Below the pieces are notes generated by a model, which ran no database searches, was not told where the DNA came from, and saw only the letters and a program-made list of their open reading frames with translations. A DNA stretch of 63,995 nt, the filler included, from Welwitschia mirabilis (lineage: Eukaryota), in assembly GCA_051453625.1 (NCBI GenBank). It is 5 parts of one record of this genome, joined end to end, with 100 filler letters (N's around TTAATTAATTAA, not from the genome) between each part and the next. Parts side by side here need not be neighbours in the genome. Positions count along the whole stretch, not along the records: positions 20,244 to 49,445 come from JBOZIK010000001.1; 4 more parts are not named here. One strand, given 5' to 3'. How positions within the stretch are numbered: position 1 is the stretch's first letter; each line of letters begins with the position of its first letter. Below are positions 35,957 to 49,545 of the stretch, piece after piece. Both the position numbers and the translations under genes were made by a program.

Positions 35957-38580
35957 TTATTTTACTTATGTGTCTCTTCTTTATCATTAATGCTAAAAGG
36001 GGAAGAAAATATAGTCTTGTTCCTCATATATGTTGTTTCATATTTGTTGTTTTAAAATCTACTTATATTCAAACTTCTACTATCTATATTTTTCTTATAT
36101 GCTTAGCTGTAGATAATTCTTTTTCAATCGTATTTTAGATAGATTTATGAGTGCTATAATATTTATCTATTACTTACCTTTTGATAAATACTAAGGTTTT
36201 ATATTTTTAAATTACCTTTTCCCTTGATTAATTTCTATTCTCTAATGTTAATTCTTGTTCTTTTACATAGTAAAATATCATGATTATTATAATTTATATC
36301 ATATCAATAGGGGGAGTTTGTAAATTCCCTTATCAAATTCATATTATTTGTTTTGATTATATATAGTTTTCATTAAAGTCAAAGGTATTATTGAGTTAAG
36401 GCTATCAAATTGATGTCAAACTAACATATAGTGCATAGATTAAAAATGTTCAAAAGATTATAGATTGATGATGTTGTATCTCGAACACTAGAGGAAAGGG
36501 ATGAATAGGATTAAAATTAAATTAAAAGACTATCTTCACAAAATACTGAATGTTGGAAAATATCTGTGCATATAAAATAATAAAATAATCTATCTAGTAA
36601 TAATATATGAAAAAATAATTAAAACTAGAGATACCGATGCAAATTATTAGACATATGATTTATAGGGGTTGAGAAAATCTCTTACTCCATTCTAAGTAGT
36701 CAGCTTCTACCCAAGGCTAATCCAAATCTTGTTACTTACTTTTTAGGTTTCTTAAATTGACTTATAACCTTTATAATCAAAATTTTGGAGGCTTAGTCTC
36801 AACCTTTAAAGAAATACTTTTTGATGTCAATAGTGTGTCATGATGCATAAGCTTTACCAGATCTAAAGTATAGTAAAGATACTACTATACTATCTAAAAA
36901 TGATGTCACAAGTTCAAGTATATATAATGCAATTTGATTGGCCAAAAAATCAAATGTATAAAGATGATTTTTTGATTTTGGTCCATTACCCATAAGAGGT
37001 GTCTATTATTTTAATAGCTATCATTTATATAGAAGATGGATTTTAGGGTTTTACANNNNNNNNNNNNNNNNNNNNNNNNNNNNNNNNNNNNNNNNNNNNN
37101 NNNNNNNNNNNNNNNNNNNNNNNNNNNNNNNNNNNNNNNNNNNNNNNNNNNNNNNNNNNNNNNNNNNNNNNNNNNNNNNNNNNNNNNNNNNNNNNNNNNN
37201 NNNNNNNNNNNNNNNNNNNNNNNNNNNNNNNNNNNNNNNNNNNNNNNNNNNNNNNNNNNNNNNNNNNNNNNNNNNNNNNNNNNNNNNNNNNNNNNNNNNN
37301 NNNNNNNNNNNNNNNNNNNNNNNNNNNNNNNNNNNNNNNNNNNNNNNNNNNNNNNNNNNNNNNNNNNNNNNNNNNNNNNNNNNNNNNNNNNNNNNNNNNN
37401 NNNNNNNNNNNNNNNNNNNNNNNNNNNNNNNNNNNNNNNNNNNNNNNNNNNNNNNNNNNNNNNNNNNNNNNNNNNNNNNNNNNNNNNNNNNNNNNNNNNN
37501 NNNNNNNNNNNNNNNNNNNNNNNNNNNNNNNNNNNNNNNNNNNNNNNNNNNNNNNNNNNNNNNNNNNNNNNNNNNNNNNNNNNNNNNNNNNNNNNNNNNN
37601 NNNNNNNNNNNNNNNNNNNNNNNNNNNNNNNNNNNNNNNNNNNNNNNNNNNNNNNNNNNNNNNNNNNNNNNNNNNNNNNNNNNNNNNNNNNNNNNNNNNN
37701 NNNNNNNNNNNNNNNNNNNNNNNNNNNNNNNNNNNNNNNNNNNNNNNNNNNNNNNNNNNNNNNNNNNNNNNNNNNNNNNNNNNNNNNNNNNNNNNNNNNN
37801 NNNNNNNNNNNNNNNNNNNNNNNNNNNNNNNNNNNNNNAATCCCTTAAACATCTGATCAACCCTCAAAGAAAATATTTAACAATTTTTTTGTATAGGTCT
37901 GGTTGACCCTTTAGGAATTCTGTCAACTTCTTAATAAACTAGATATGACACTCTTTGGTATAGGTCTCGTCGATCCCTTAGGAGATCTATTATTTGTCAA
38001 CTTTCAATTGTAGCTAATACAAAATATCAGTTACTTTTGACCTATAAGGATTAATATTTTCTTGAAGAAATACAACATATTTTGATATACTAGAAAATGT
38101 TAATTTGACATAAAGTTAGCAAACATATAACTTAACAATCTTCCCTTTTGAAATTAATGTTAAACTACACTTATTTGAAAATATTAATTTGAAAACTCCC
38201 CCTTAAAAAGTATCCATTTAGATTTAAAAAATATAATTGACTATGTTTATCTAAATCAAGCATTCATAATGGTTTTTCAAAGAGAGTCATAAAAAAAAAT
38301 TGAAAGAATCATTCATGGAAAATATAATATTCGTTAATAGATGAGAAAAATGATACAAAATTCATTTTTTAAGCTAGTTTATATAGTACATCTTAAAGGG
38401 TACTTATGTAAAACCAACTAATAATAACAACTAATATGTAATAACAGCTAATAATAATAACTAATTATAACTAATTTTATATACTCTAATTCTTCCACTT
38501 TTGCCATCAATGATAAAGCAGAGGAAAAGGAAAGTAAGAATAAAAAGATAAAATTAACAACAATAATGGAAACAATAAAA

Positions 38581-39020
38581 TTAGTTTGATTCTTCTTATT
38601 TCTCCTCCTTATATTCTTCTTTAGAATCTAGGTTATCATCTTATTTTTCTTCTTCTAACGTGTTTTGCATAGAGCTATTGAATTCCTCAGAAGTATCTAT
38701 GTAATGAGTTCTTTTTCATGTGCTAAGTTCAAGACTCTAGCTTTTTAAGATACGATAGAGTCTCTTCAGAGAAGACATGCTTCAAAGAATGAGACTTTGA
38801 ATATTTCTTAGGTCCAAATAAAATGTGCATGCAAGACAAAGTAGCACACCCAATAGAAGACATAAGAGTTAAGGTTTCAAGATTGAAATGGATGTAAACA
38901 AAAACAGGACATGCTAAGACTTTTTAATGATCTACGGCTTCATCTAACATTCTTAAGTAAAAATATCTTAGATCTTGCTTGCAAGCTTCTTTTGTCAAGT
39001 TATTTTGAAGGGAACCTTTG
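38581..39020 (-). pseudogene. Env-like ORF with large internal deletion
   Basis: N-terminal FYLRMLDEAVDH joined almost directly to C-terminal LETLTLMSSIGCATLSCMHI and acidic tail, compared with 34875-35956. Confidence 0.7.
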
Positions 39021-39479
39021 TTATTTGATAACACATAGCACTTATTGAAGATAAATAAAATGGAAGAAAATACCTAAATCTAAGAGAGATAGGTAGATAG
39101 GTAGTAGGACTCCACAAGATTTTATAAAGGGGGCAATATAAGTTTAATATGAGAAAAAAATCAAGTCCACTGCTTTCTTCTACACTGTAACCTTACAAGT
39201 CTTGAATCTAAGGAAAAAAATCAGGTTAACTGCCTTTCTTCTACACTATAATCCTATAGGTATAGTCAATCAGATTATGATTTAGTCAACCTGTCAAGAT
39301 GTGGATGAAAAAAAGTATAGGTCCAACAGACTAGGACTATAGTCTGGTCAACCTGAATGGGTTCAGAGTTTTTCTAGGAAAGTCTAGAGGACCAGATAAA
39401 ATTTAGTCAACCTTACTTCTCTAGATCTGGTCGACTAAACATAAGATTCAATTGACTATTCTACTTTTATCTTAAAAAT

Positions 39480-42400
39480 GAAGAAACAACCCCTAATTCA
39501 TAATGAAGTCTTAAAAAGTTGTTAAACTTTAGGGGTTTTATGAAAATATCATCTAGTTATTTATTAGTACCTATAAAGTTCATAAAAACATTGGTTTTTT
39601 CTATTTGATCTCTAAGAAAATGGTGTTTTAGTTAAATATGTTTATTTTAAGAGTATTTAATATTAGTTTTTAATATACTAATTATACTAATATTGTTACA
39701 AAATATTGGAACCTATTTAAAATTTATTTCAAAATCTTTAAGCATCTCCTTCATCCATAGAATATGACTATAGCAACTTCTTGCTGCTATATATTCTGCT
39801 TTTGTAGTGGAAAAGAAGATAGAATTTTTATTCTTACTTGCCCATCCTACCAACCATGATCCTAGTTAAAAATAATTTCCACTTGATCTTTTTTGATCAT
39901 ATTTATAACTAGCCCATTCTACATCACTAAAACTTGGAAGTTCAAAGGGAGTTTTTATAGGATATCATAGCTCATAGTTACTTGTGTCTTTTATATATCT
40001 TATGATACCTTTAATAGCTTAAAGGTGTGATTCCTTTAGTTGAGTCTGATATTTTAACACTAAACATTATGTTAGGTCTACTCATGGTTAAATATAATAA
40101 ACTAACTATCATGCTCCTATAAATTTCTTAGTCTATAGATTTTTTATGATTATTAAGACTGGCCTTATATGGAGTTGGCATAGGTGTGTTGATTGACTTT
40201 GTATTTTCTAGTTCAAATCACTTTATCAACTTTCTTGAGTGTTTATATTAAGAGATGAAAATCCTATGTTTTGTTTATTTAATTTGAAGACCAAGGAACA
40301 TGCGAACTTCACTAAGCATACTCATTTCAAATTGTGTGATCATAATGCTAGAAAATTCTTTTGAGAGATCCTCTTTTAATGTTTCAAAAGTTATATCATC
40401 AACATAAACTTAAATTATGATGAATTCTTCTTGAAGATTTTTTAACAAAAAAAGTTTTATCCATAGCTCCATAAGTATAACCATTTTCTTTAAGAAATGT
40501 TTTTAGTTTTTAATACCAACATCATAAAAAGCCTTTTTAAGTCTATAGACATGGTTTGATTTGTGTGGATCTATGAAACCTTGTGGTTATTTCACATAAA
40601 CTTCTTCATTGAAAGTTCCATTTAAAAAGAAAGTTTTCACATCCATTTGAAAAACTTTAAGGTTTTTGAAGGCTGCATAGAAGAGAAATATTCTAAGAAA
40701 ATGTATCTCCTACATCTATTCCTTTGATCTGATTCTATCTTACTTTTAATCACATTATTGTGTTCATTATACTTATTATTAAAGATCCATTTTGTTCTAA
40801 TTACATTTTAATCTTTTGATTTTAGTACAAGTTTTCAAACATCATTTCTTCTAAATTATTGAAGTTCTTCTTACATTATCATCATCCATTCTTCAAGAGA
40901 TTTAGCCTCTTAAAACTTTGAGGGTTCAATTTGAAAAACATAATAAATGTGGGTAAAAAAAAGTTTTGAAAGAGTTTCTAGTATAAATTTTTGAGCTTAC
41001 ATCTCTAATAATAGATTCAAGTGAGTGATCTTTTAGCTCTCTAAACTTTTTAGAGGTAACATCTTAAGATGGCTTTTCTTCCTTTTTAGTTGTTATTTCT
41101 TTTACTATGGAGGTACTAGGAGTAAGATTTTCATCACCACTTGAAAGAAGAAGTCTAACGCTAAAGTCATCTATTTGAACATTTATGGAATCTTCCACTA
41201 TTAGACTTTATTTGTTGAAAGCCTAGTAAGATCTACTTCTAGTTGAGTATTCTAAAAAAATTGCTTCATCAACTTTAGACTCAAATTTGCTCAGATGTTC
41301 ATTATATTTTAAAATAAAACATTTATTTTCAAAGACTTTGAAATATGATACATTTGGTTTTCTTCTTTTCTAGAGTTCATATGACATTTTATCCATACCT
41401 ATTCTTAGATAGACTCTATTGATAATATAGCATGTAGTACTTACTGCTTTAGCCCAAAACATTTTAGGTACTTCCTTATCATTTAGCATTGTTCATGCCA
41501 TCTCTTGAAGAATTCGGTTTTACTTTTTTGTAATTCCATTTTGTTCTAGAGCCTTTGGGGTTGAAAATGGATGTTTTATACCGTTTTCCACATAATATTT
41601 CTCAAAAATATGATTTTTGAGTTGTCTTTCATAATCACTTCTAATCCTTTTACTTGTGTGTCCATTCTCATTTTGGATTTTATTACAAATCTCAATATAA
41701 CTTTTAAAGGTTTTAGTTTTATTTCCTAAGAAAGCGATCCAAGTAGATCTAGAGGTGTCATCCATCATAGTCAAAAATATCATTTTTCCCCTAGACTTTT
41801 AGTTTGGGTAGGATCCACTAAGTCCATATGAATGAGTTCAAGTGCCCTTCTTGAGGAGACTAACTTTTTACTTTTATGAGAGGTCCTAAATTATTTTCCT
41901 TTTTGATAGGCATCACACAACTCATGTTTATCAATATTAATCTGAGGGATTTCTTTCATGATTTCCTTTTTAATGATGGTTTTGAAATAGTTATAGTCTA
42001 CATGTCCTAACTATTTGTGTCATAATTCTTATATATGATAAAAATAACAAGCAGATAAAGATTGATAAATGCTATAAATGTTGTCTATTCTATTTTCTTT
42101 AATAAGAGTCACATTTTTTTACTATGTCTAACTTCACATTTTTAACTATGAAAAATAACTTTATGACCTTTATTATAAATCTAAGCAATACTCAGCAAAT
42201 TATGTTTAAGGCCATTCACATATTAAACTTCATTAATTTTAGGCATGTTAACATGAATAATGCTTCTAATGCCTTTAATTTTTGCTTTTCTGTTATCTTT
42301 AAAAGTTACTTCTCCTCCATCAAGGTCATTTAAATGTTGGAATCTTGATTTGTTGTCTGTCATATACCAAGAATGTCCACTATCCATCTACCAGCAAGTT

Positions 42401-44030
42401 CCATTTGATACTTTAAAGGTTATGTATATTAATAAACTTTTCAAATTATCATTCCTTACCAACTTAGTCCATTTAGACTATTATGGTATACATCTTCTTT
42501 GGATAAATTTAAATGGAAAAATACTAATAGAGCTTTAAAAACATTATCTTTCTAATATTGCAATAATTTTAAATGACCTATTTTTCCATAAAAATGATAA
42601 GTAATCTTTGACATAAGGTTATTTTTCCATGTTACCTTAATCAACTAATTATGTGACTTTTAAGAGATGAAGCTAATACCTTTCTTATCATGAACTGATG
42701 TTCATATCCTAAGCATCTATTCTAATTACTTAAACTATTTGAAAATTTATCTACAAAATGAGATAATTTTTTTACCTTTTGAGTTAGCTTCTTTTTTTTA
42801 ATTTAAACCATTCTATACTTTGTCTCTAACTCTTTCTTTTCCTTGTTTAGAGCCTTTACTATCTTGTTTAATCAATCAATTTTTTTTGGCTATTTTCACA
42901 TTCTCAATAAAGTTCTTGACAAGTATCTTCTAGCTCCTTTTAACTTTCTTCAATAATGTCCAAGTCATCTAGTTTAGTTATGCATAGTAAGTTCTTCATG
43001 GGAGGAACTATTATCATGAAAGAAAGTCTTCTGTCTTTATTTGACTTTTGACTTAAGCTAGTATCTTCTTCTTTATCTACATTATCCTAGGTGGTGATGA
43101 AGTATAATGCCTTATACTTCCTCTAATATTTTCTAGTATTTGGATATTCATTTGTAANNNNNNNNNNATGCATAGCACTACATCTTCTTTCTTTTTTCTT
43201 GATCTTTTCTTAGTTTGAAATGACCCCTCTTTGGTTTCTTGCTTGGTTTACCATCTCTCTTTCTTTTGTGCAAGAATTTTTTGAATATTCTTACCAATAG
43301 AAAAACCTCCTCTTCACTAAGGTCTTCATCTAATTTTTCAAATTGAAACTCTTCTTGCATACTTTTTAATGCAATACTTTTCTTTTTATCTTTAGAAAAT
43401 TTTAATTTATAAGTTTAAAGATTATCTTATAGTTCCTCTAGAATCATTTTGGTGTTCTTTTTTTTTTAATAGCTATGATCTTTGGCTCAAAGCATTTTGA
43501 AAGAGATATTAAAACTTTTCATACTACTTTTTCTTCATCCATTTTCTTGCTTAGCCTTATCATAAAGTTTACTATATTTGTCAGTCTAGCAAAGAACTCT
43601 TGTAGAATCTCTTCTTCTTCTATGTGAATATCTTCAAACTTAGAAATAAGCATCTATATCTTTGCCTATTTTACAATGGATATTCCTTCATGTATAATTT
43701 AAAGTATATCCCAAACTTTGTTAGTATGCTCACAGTTCAAAATACTCTTAAATTTATCTATACAAACTACACAAAAAATAGCATTAAAATCATGGACATC
43801 TAAGATTGCCTTGGCTTTGTCGATAGGGATCCATTGGTCTCAATATTTCTCAACAACTAGGGTGGTTCCATTACTATTAGTTTTAGATAGTATGAGAAAA
43901 ATATATCCATTATAAATAACTTCATCTATATCTACATCTAAGAATCTAAAGAAGATTCTCATTCAGGTCTTCCAGTAAGCATAGTTGGTCCTATTAAACA
44001 TGAGTGGTTTTCCAGTAAAGAGGCCATTTA
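39480..44030 (-). pseudogene. pol: Sirevirus-like gag-pol
   Basis: KPLMFNRTNYAYWK; W*MDSGHS protease ~42380; LIHMDLVDP and MMDDTSRSTW integrase; QMDVKTFFLNG; YVDD at 40395-40406; FSDVEWA and STTKAEY RNase H. Confidence 0.93.
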
Positions 44031-45775
44031 AGATTTAAGATTCATTAGGATCTGTAAATAACTTAGCCTTACTTTGACACCAAATCTTGAATCTAGAATC
44101 CTAGAAAGGGGTTAAATAATATTAAAAATAAATTGAAAGTCTATCTTCATAAAATATTAAATATTGGAAAAATATCTGTGCATATGAAATAAAAAAAATG
44201 ATCTAACTAGGAATAAGATCTAAAAAAGAAAAATAACTAAAACTAGAGAATACTAATGGAGATTGTTAAATACATGACTTATAGTGGTTTAGGAAATCTT
44301 CCATTCCACTCTTGGTAGTTAGCTTATATCTAAGGCTAATCTTGATCCTTGTTACTTACTTTCTAGGTTTCTTAGGTTAATCTATAACCTTTTCAATTAG
44401 ACTTTTAGAAGCTTAGTCTCAACCTTTAAAGAATTTTTTTTTGGTATCAATAGTATGCCATAATGCATAGGCTTCACCATATCTAAAGTACAGCAAAGAT
44501 AGTACTATATGTTATAAATCCAAGTATATACAATGTAATCTAATTGATCAAATAATTAAATGTATAAAGATGCTTTTTTTATTTTGGTTCATTACCCAAA
44601 AGAGGTGTCTATGATTTTAATGATTGCCCTTTATATAGAAAATGAATTTTAGAATTTTACAAGTGAATTTAATATTCTAATGGACAAAAATAACAAGGCA
44701 ATGGCTAGAAAATAGACTAAAAAATTTCCTTTTTTTCATGACCAGTTAACCCCTCAAAACATCTAGTTGACCTCTTGAGTGCCATCACTGAAGTGGGTTA
44801 ACCTCATCTTCTTCTAGTTAACTTGAGTTCTTCATGTCTCCTAGTTTGATCAACCTCATCCAAGATCTAGTTAACTACATATGTCTAGATCTAATTGATT
44901 ACATTTTTATCTAGTTGACCCCTTATGAAAATAGATGTAACAATTTAACATAAGTTTGATCAACCCCTCAAACATCTGATCAATCCCTTAAAGAAAATTT
45001 TTAATAACATTTTTCACAGGTCTATTGGATCCCTCAGGAATCTAGTTAACTCCTTAATAAATTAGATATGATAATTTTTGATATAGATTTAGTTGACCCC
45101 TTAGGAGATCTATTATTCATTAGGTTTCAAGTGTAGCTAGTAAGAAATATTAATTATTTTTAACTTATAAAGATTAATATTTTTTGCAAGAAATACAAGA
45201 TATTTTATTATAACAAAAAATGTTAGTTTGACATCAACTTAGGAAAAATACAACTTAACAGATGAAGCCTTGTAGAATAGATGAGCATGAATGTTTTTGT
45301 CAGGATCCCATTTCCAAAAATTGTCAAAGAGGGTTTGATTAGATTCCAAAAGAGGACAATCAAACCTAGATAAAGGTAGCAACTAGAGTTCATAAGGAAT
45401 TGACTAGAGCTAAACAAAGAAAATCAACTTAACATCATCTGGGATGGACCAAATCAAGTGACATGAGTCATTCAGATTGACCAGAGGAAAAAGGGATCAA
45501 CTAGGTTAAGTAACAATAATTAATTAGGTTAAATGAATGTTTTACAAAGTTAACTGGTCAAAGCAATAGGAGAACTTTTTAGAGTATTTTCTAGACATTA
45601 CTTTATATCATTTTAGTTGTTAGTGTGTTAGAACCATTTTATAATGTATTAAACCTATCCCCTATATATAGAAATGAATAAGAACCTTTTGACCAAAGGA
45701 CATTTGTACTATTGATATATTTATGGTTAAGACGTACATCTACACTATGAGAGCTTATACTTGTGAACTATTACT

Positions 45776-48700
45776 TGTTTGCATGCCAAAATTTACATTT
45801 TAACCAAATATAATTAATCAAATTAGCATAAAAAAGACACTTAATTTATTAATTTATCATAAAATGATGTCTTTTATTATTTTTAAAATAAAATTTAATA
45901 TTATGTTTTCTTCATAATAATTGTAAGTATTTAGCCATGTTTTGGAATAAATGACCGAAGATGGACACAATTTTACATAAAATAATAGTGAAATTAAAGA
46001 AATAAGTTAGTGACATATAGCAGTAGCATCAGAAGACATGTGACAGAGACATGTGAAGGCAGCAGTAGAGACATGTCAAGATAGCACTAATTGGTAAAGG
46101 AAGTAGCCTCAAAAGGTCATATTGTTAGACTCATCATGATAAAGGATACACCAAACACTATAATACAAGCTCCGCCAAATGCTAAATGATGAAAGATTCT
46201 ACCTAATACTAAAGGATAGAATCTTATGTACCTAATGCTTTAAGACAACCTCTACCAAATGCTGTAAGATTATTTAATTGTCAAGTTTTTCCAAATCATG
46301 TTAGTTATTTTATGTTACTTTCATGATTTATAGTCTTATTATTTAATGGATTTTATGCACTTAGGCTAATACCTTTTATGCTTATAAAGGGATATGAAGT
46401 ATTAGGAGAACTTGATAACTTACCAATACCTATGTGGTGGATGAGATTATGTCTCCACGTTGGTCCTTAATGACTTGACAATTTAGTATATGTTTTAGAT
46501 ACAAGAATCATTGGAGCAAAGGAGGAAAGTTGGATAAATCACTAGATCCTTAGAGCATTTCTATTTCCTTGGATTACTAGCTAAAGATCACTTTTCTCTC
46601 AACATCTGATTTTCATTCTTTTTTTTTTTTTGACTTTTCATTGCAAGTAAAATTAATCTTATGTCTTTTGATTAATTTTTTGCCTACGTTCCTATGGAAT
46701 AATGATACTAAGTATTTCACTTAGTTTTAAATCTACAGATTATACTATAATTAAATAGATTTTGGCATCATTATTGGGGACATATTAACATAGTAATTTT
46801 TCATGAGTACATGATTATTTTTCTTGTAATTTTTAGTTATATTTTGTTTTTCCAGTGGCAGGTACTGATCCTCTTTAGTAATACCTGAAGTAGTTTATTT
46901 TCATTTTCTTTTATATGTTTGTTTATTTTCTCTTTCTAGTTGTTGATACTAGTCCTTTATGTTTTTATTTTAAGTATTATTTTCCTTTCCTTTCAGTGGT
47001 ATGTACTGTTCCATTTTTAGTAAAACCTAAACTAGTCTAAGTTGTTAAGCTTGGTTATTTTTCTAACATCTAAAACTTTATTTTTATATTACATATTTTT
47101 AAGTTATAGATCTAATGACGTTTTTGCAGGTGCAACTGAACCTAAGATCATGATTTTAAACTAAACCAAGCTCTAATGATTCGTGTGTTTTTTTGGTTAC
47201 TATAAATTCTCTGTACATTTTTTCTCTACTTTTGTTTTAATTTTTTAATTTTTGTGAAAATTTTCAATAAAAATTTGAAACATTAGGTTTAATTTCCTAG
47301 ATTGCAATTTCATAAGATTTAGTTTAAGTTTATGTTAACTTTTTCCCTAACCCTGCATTGTAAAACCCAAAAAATATAAACCTTTAGCCAAAATCGTCAC
47401 TTATTTTCTTAAACATAAATCATGAGTTTGGTCTTAAATCCATTTTTAATAGCTTCTAATCTTTAACTTATATATTCCTATAGTTTTCATAATTATAATC
47501 AACTAAGCTAACTATAGGAGATTTCATTAGACCAAAATGAATTCTAGGGGATTACTTTCAACATAATTCATATCAACTGTAGCTACTAGATCCTTGTGAT
47601 ACTATATAGACCTTTGAAGTGTACCCTCAACCTCATCTATACATAAATCAAACTCCTTACAATGTTGAACTTGAAAATCCCTATAAAGAACCAAGAGAGT
47701 TTGATCCTACTTCTTCCTTTATCCTTTATGATTCTTATCCTTCATGATTCTTATCCTTCAACTTCATATTCGACATCCTTATCCATATCCTTCTTTTCCT
47801 CTTCCATATCCTTCATCCTTTAACCAACACCCTTCATCTCCCAAACTCTCTTCAAATTTCTTGAAAGATATTCTTATATAATTCATATAATTTTAAAAGA
47901 AAATGAATCAAAGGTAAGAGTAAATGAATCAAATACCTGAGCAAGGTATTCAATAATTAATCCAAGTTACTACTCAAATCTCTAATGCATTAGAAGAAGA
48001 AAACCTTCCTAGATTCCATGAATTTGCAAGCCTATAAAACCTTGAAGTGATTAATAAAACTAGAAGTAACAACATCCAAACCTTATCCCTTAGAAATGAG
48101 GAAGAAGCTCATAATGAAACCAATGATGACATCCAAGAGGACGTTGAGTTTAGATATTACTTAGAGAGTGAACGGTTGCATGAACATGGAACATACTTTG
48201 GAGTAGGACTAAACACTTCAGATGAAAATGATTAATCTATAGTTAGTGAGTAAACATATGACAGAGAATAAAAATTTCAATGCTACACAATAGAAAATGA
48301 ATCAATGAGTAACATAGATAGTAGTGGAATTGAATCTATCATTGAACCTCAACCAATGTCATCTATGCAACCTTATAAGGAAGAATCCTTTAGCAAACTT
48401 AATGAGAAAAAAGAACATTAACCAAGAGCCTTTTTAAAATTCATCCTTGGGGTAACCTTTTTCTTAATAACTCCTTAAATAAACCATGACATTTTCATCT
48501 TTTAAATAAGACTTAAACCTTCATGATAAAGACAAATCCATACCTTTGAAACCATCTTCTGATACCTTTCTTAATAATCATTCTTCTATCATGGTTTTCA
48601 CTTCACCTTTATCTTTATCTAAAAATGATGTCTTGCATGAGTTGTTGAGTAAATAAGAACAAGCTAAGGGTTGGAAAAATTTCTTATTCTGAATGAATTA

Positions 48701-49445
48701 ATTTTACTAAATTTTTATAGGAATTTAGTATCCTCTTTGAATGCATTGTACAATTTTGAGTTATTATATAAACATTACATTCATTATTTTGAGCTTTCAT
48801 GTTTGTAATAACTTGGGAAAAACCTTGAAATTTTTTTCATTTTATTGCATGCATTTAGATTATATTTTTCTTTTATTATGAATTATTATTTTGGAATAAA
48901 TTTTAGTTTAAGAAAATTAAAAATTTTGTGCTTGATTCCCTTTCTCGTCTAAAGCCTTGCAAGCACTTCCATTTATATAATCATTGTCTTAAACATTTTT
49001 AGGTAGGAAATCCTAAATGTCACTCACTCCATTGAATAAATCATCGTCACCTTTAATTTCACCTTCCATCCCTTCCCTTTCCACTCCCATTAATAAAGTC
49101 CACCCACCACCCTCCCCTTCCATTTATTAATAAGTTCTTAAGATTAGATGATCATTGTTATGGCTTTAAGAGAATAAATTATTAATAAGTGATCACATTA
49201 TTATTAGAAATTAGGTAGAATTTAAGTTTACTTATAATTTTTTGAGAAGAAGTTTTGCTTATTTTCAAGTTAACTTGTTAAGGTTTAGTTTTACTTAAAA
49301 TCTTCTAATGGAAAAATTTGGCTAAATAAAGGTGAAAACTATTTTCATATCAAGTTAATTGTTTTACAAGCATTTTAGGAGGACAAGATTTGTATTGGTT
49401 AGGCTAATGAGCCAATTCCTCCTTATGTGCATAAAAATGCATTAA
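45776..49445 (+). mobile_element. Second Athila-like element: LTR (~45776-46757), PBS, degenerate internal region
   Basis: TGTTTGCATGCCAAAATTT start truncating the Sirevirus LTR; TTTGGCATCATTATTGGGGA at 46761-46780 equals the Athila PBS with C>T/G>A decay; no pol motifs seen before the gap. Confidence 0.6.
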
Positions 49446-49545
49446 NNNNNNNNNNNNNNNNNNNNNNNNNNNNNNNNNNNNNNNNNNNNTTAATTAATTA
49501 ANNNNNNNNNNNNNNNNNNNNNNNNNNNNNNNNNNNNNNNNNNNN

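Larger units (their letters stand above)
36472..45260 (-). mobile_element. Full-length (decayed) Sirevirus-like LTR retrotransposon with 5-bp TSD
   Basis: LTRs 44085-45260 and 36472-38137; GATGA at 36467-36471 and 45261-45265; decayed iMet PBS TGGTGTCAAAGT (44071-44082); gag-PR-IN-RT-RH; truncated env-like ORF; PPTs at ~38140, ~38200, ~38495. Confidence 0.95.
36388..45775 (+). mobile_element. Host Sirevirus-like 3' LTR split by nested insertion (36388-36471 and 45261-~45775)
   Basis: TATTGAGTT...TTGATGTCAAACTAACAT start after the PPTs; LTR-type motifs and CCTATATATAG (~45662) resume after the TSD. Confidence 0.7.

Noticed and set aside
37036..37867. Long ORFs (also 54441-56048)
   Set aside because: Made of N-derived X residues.
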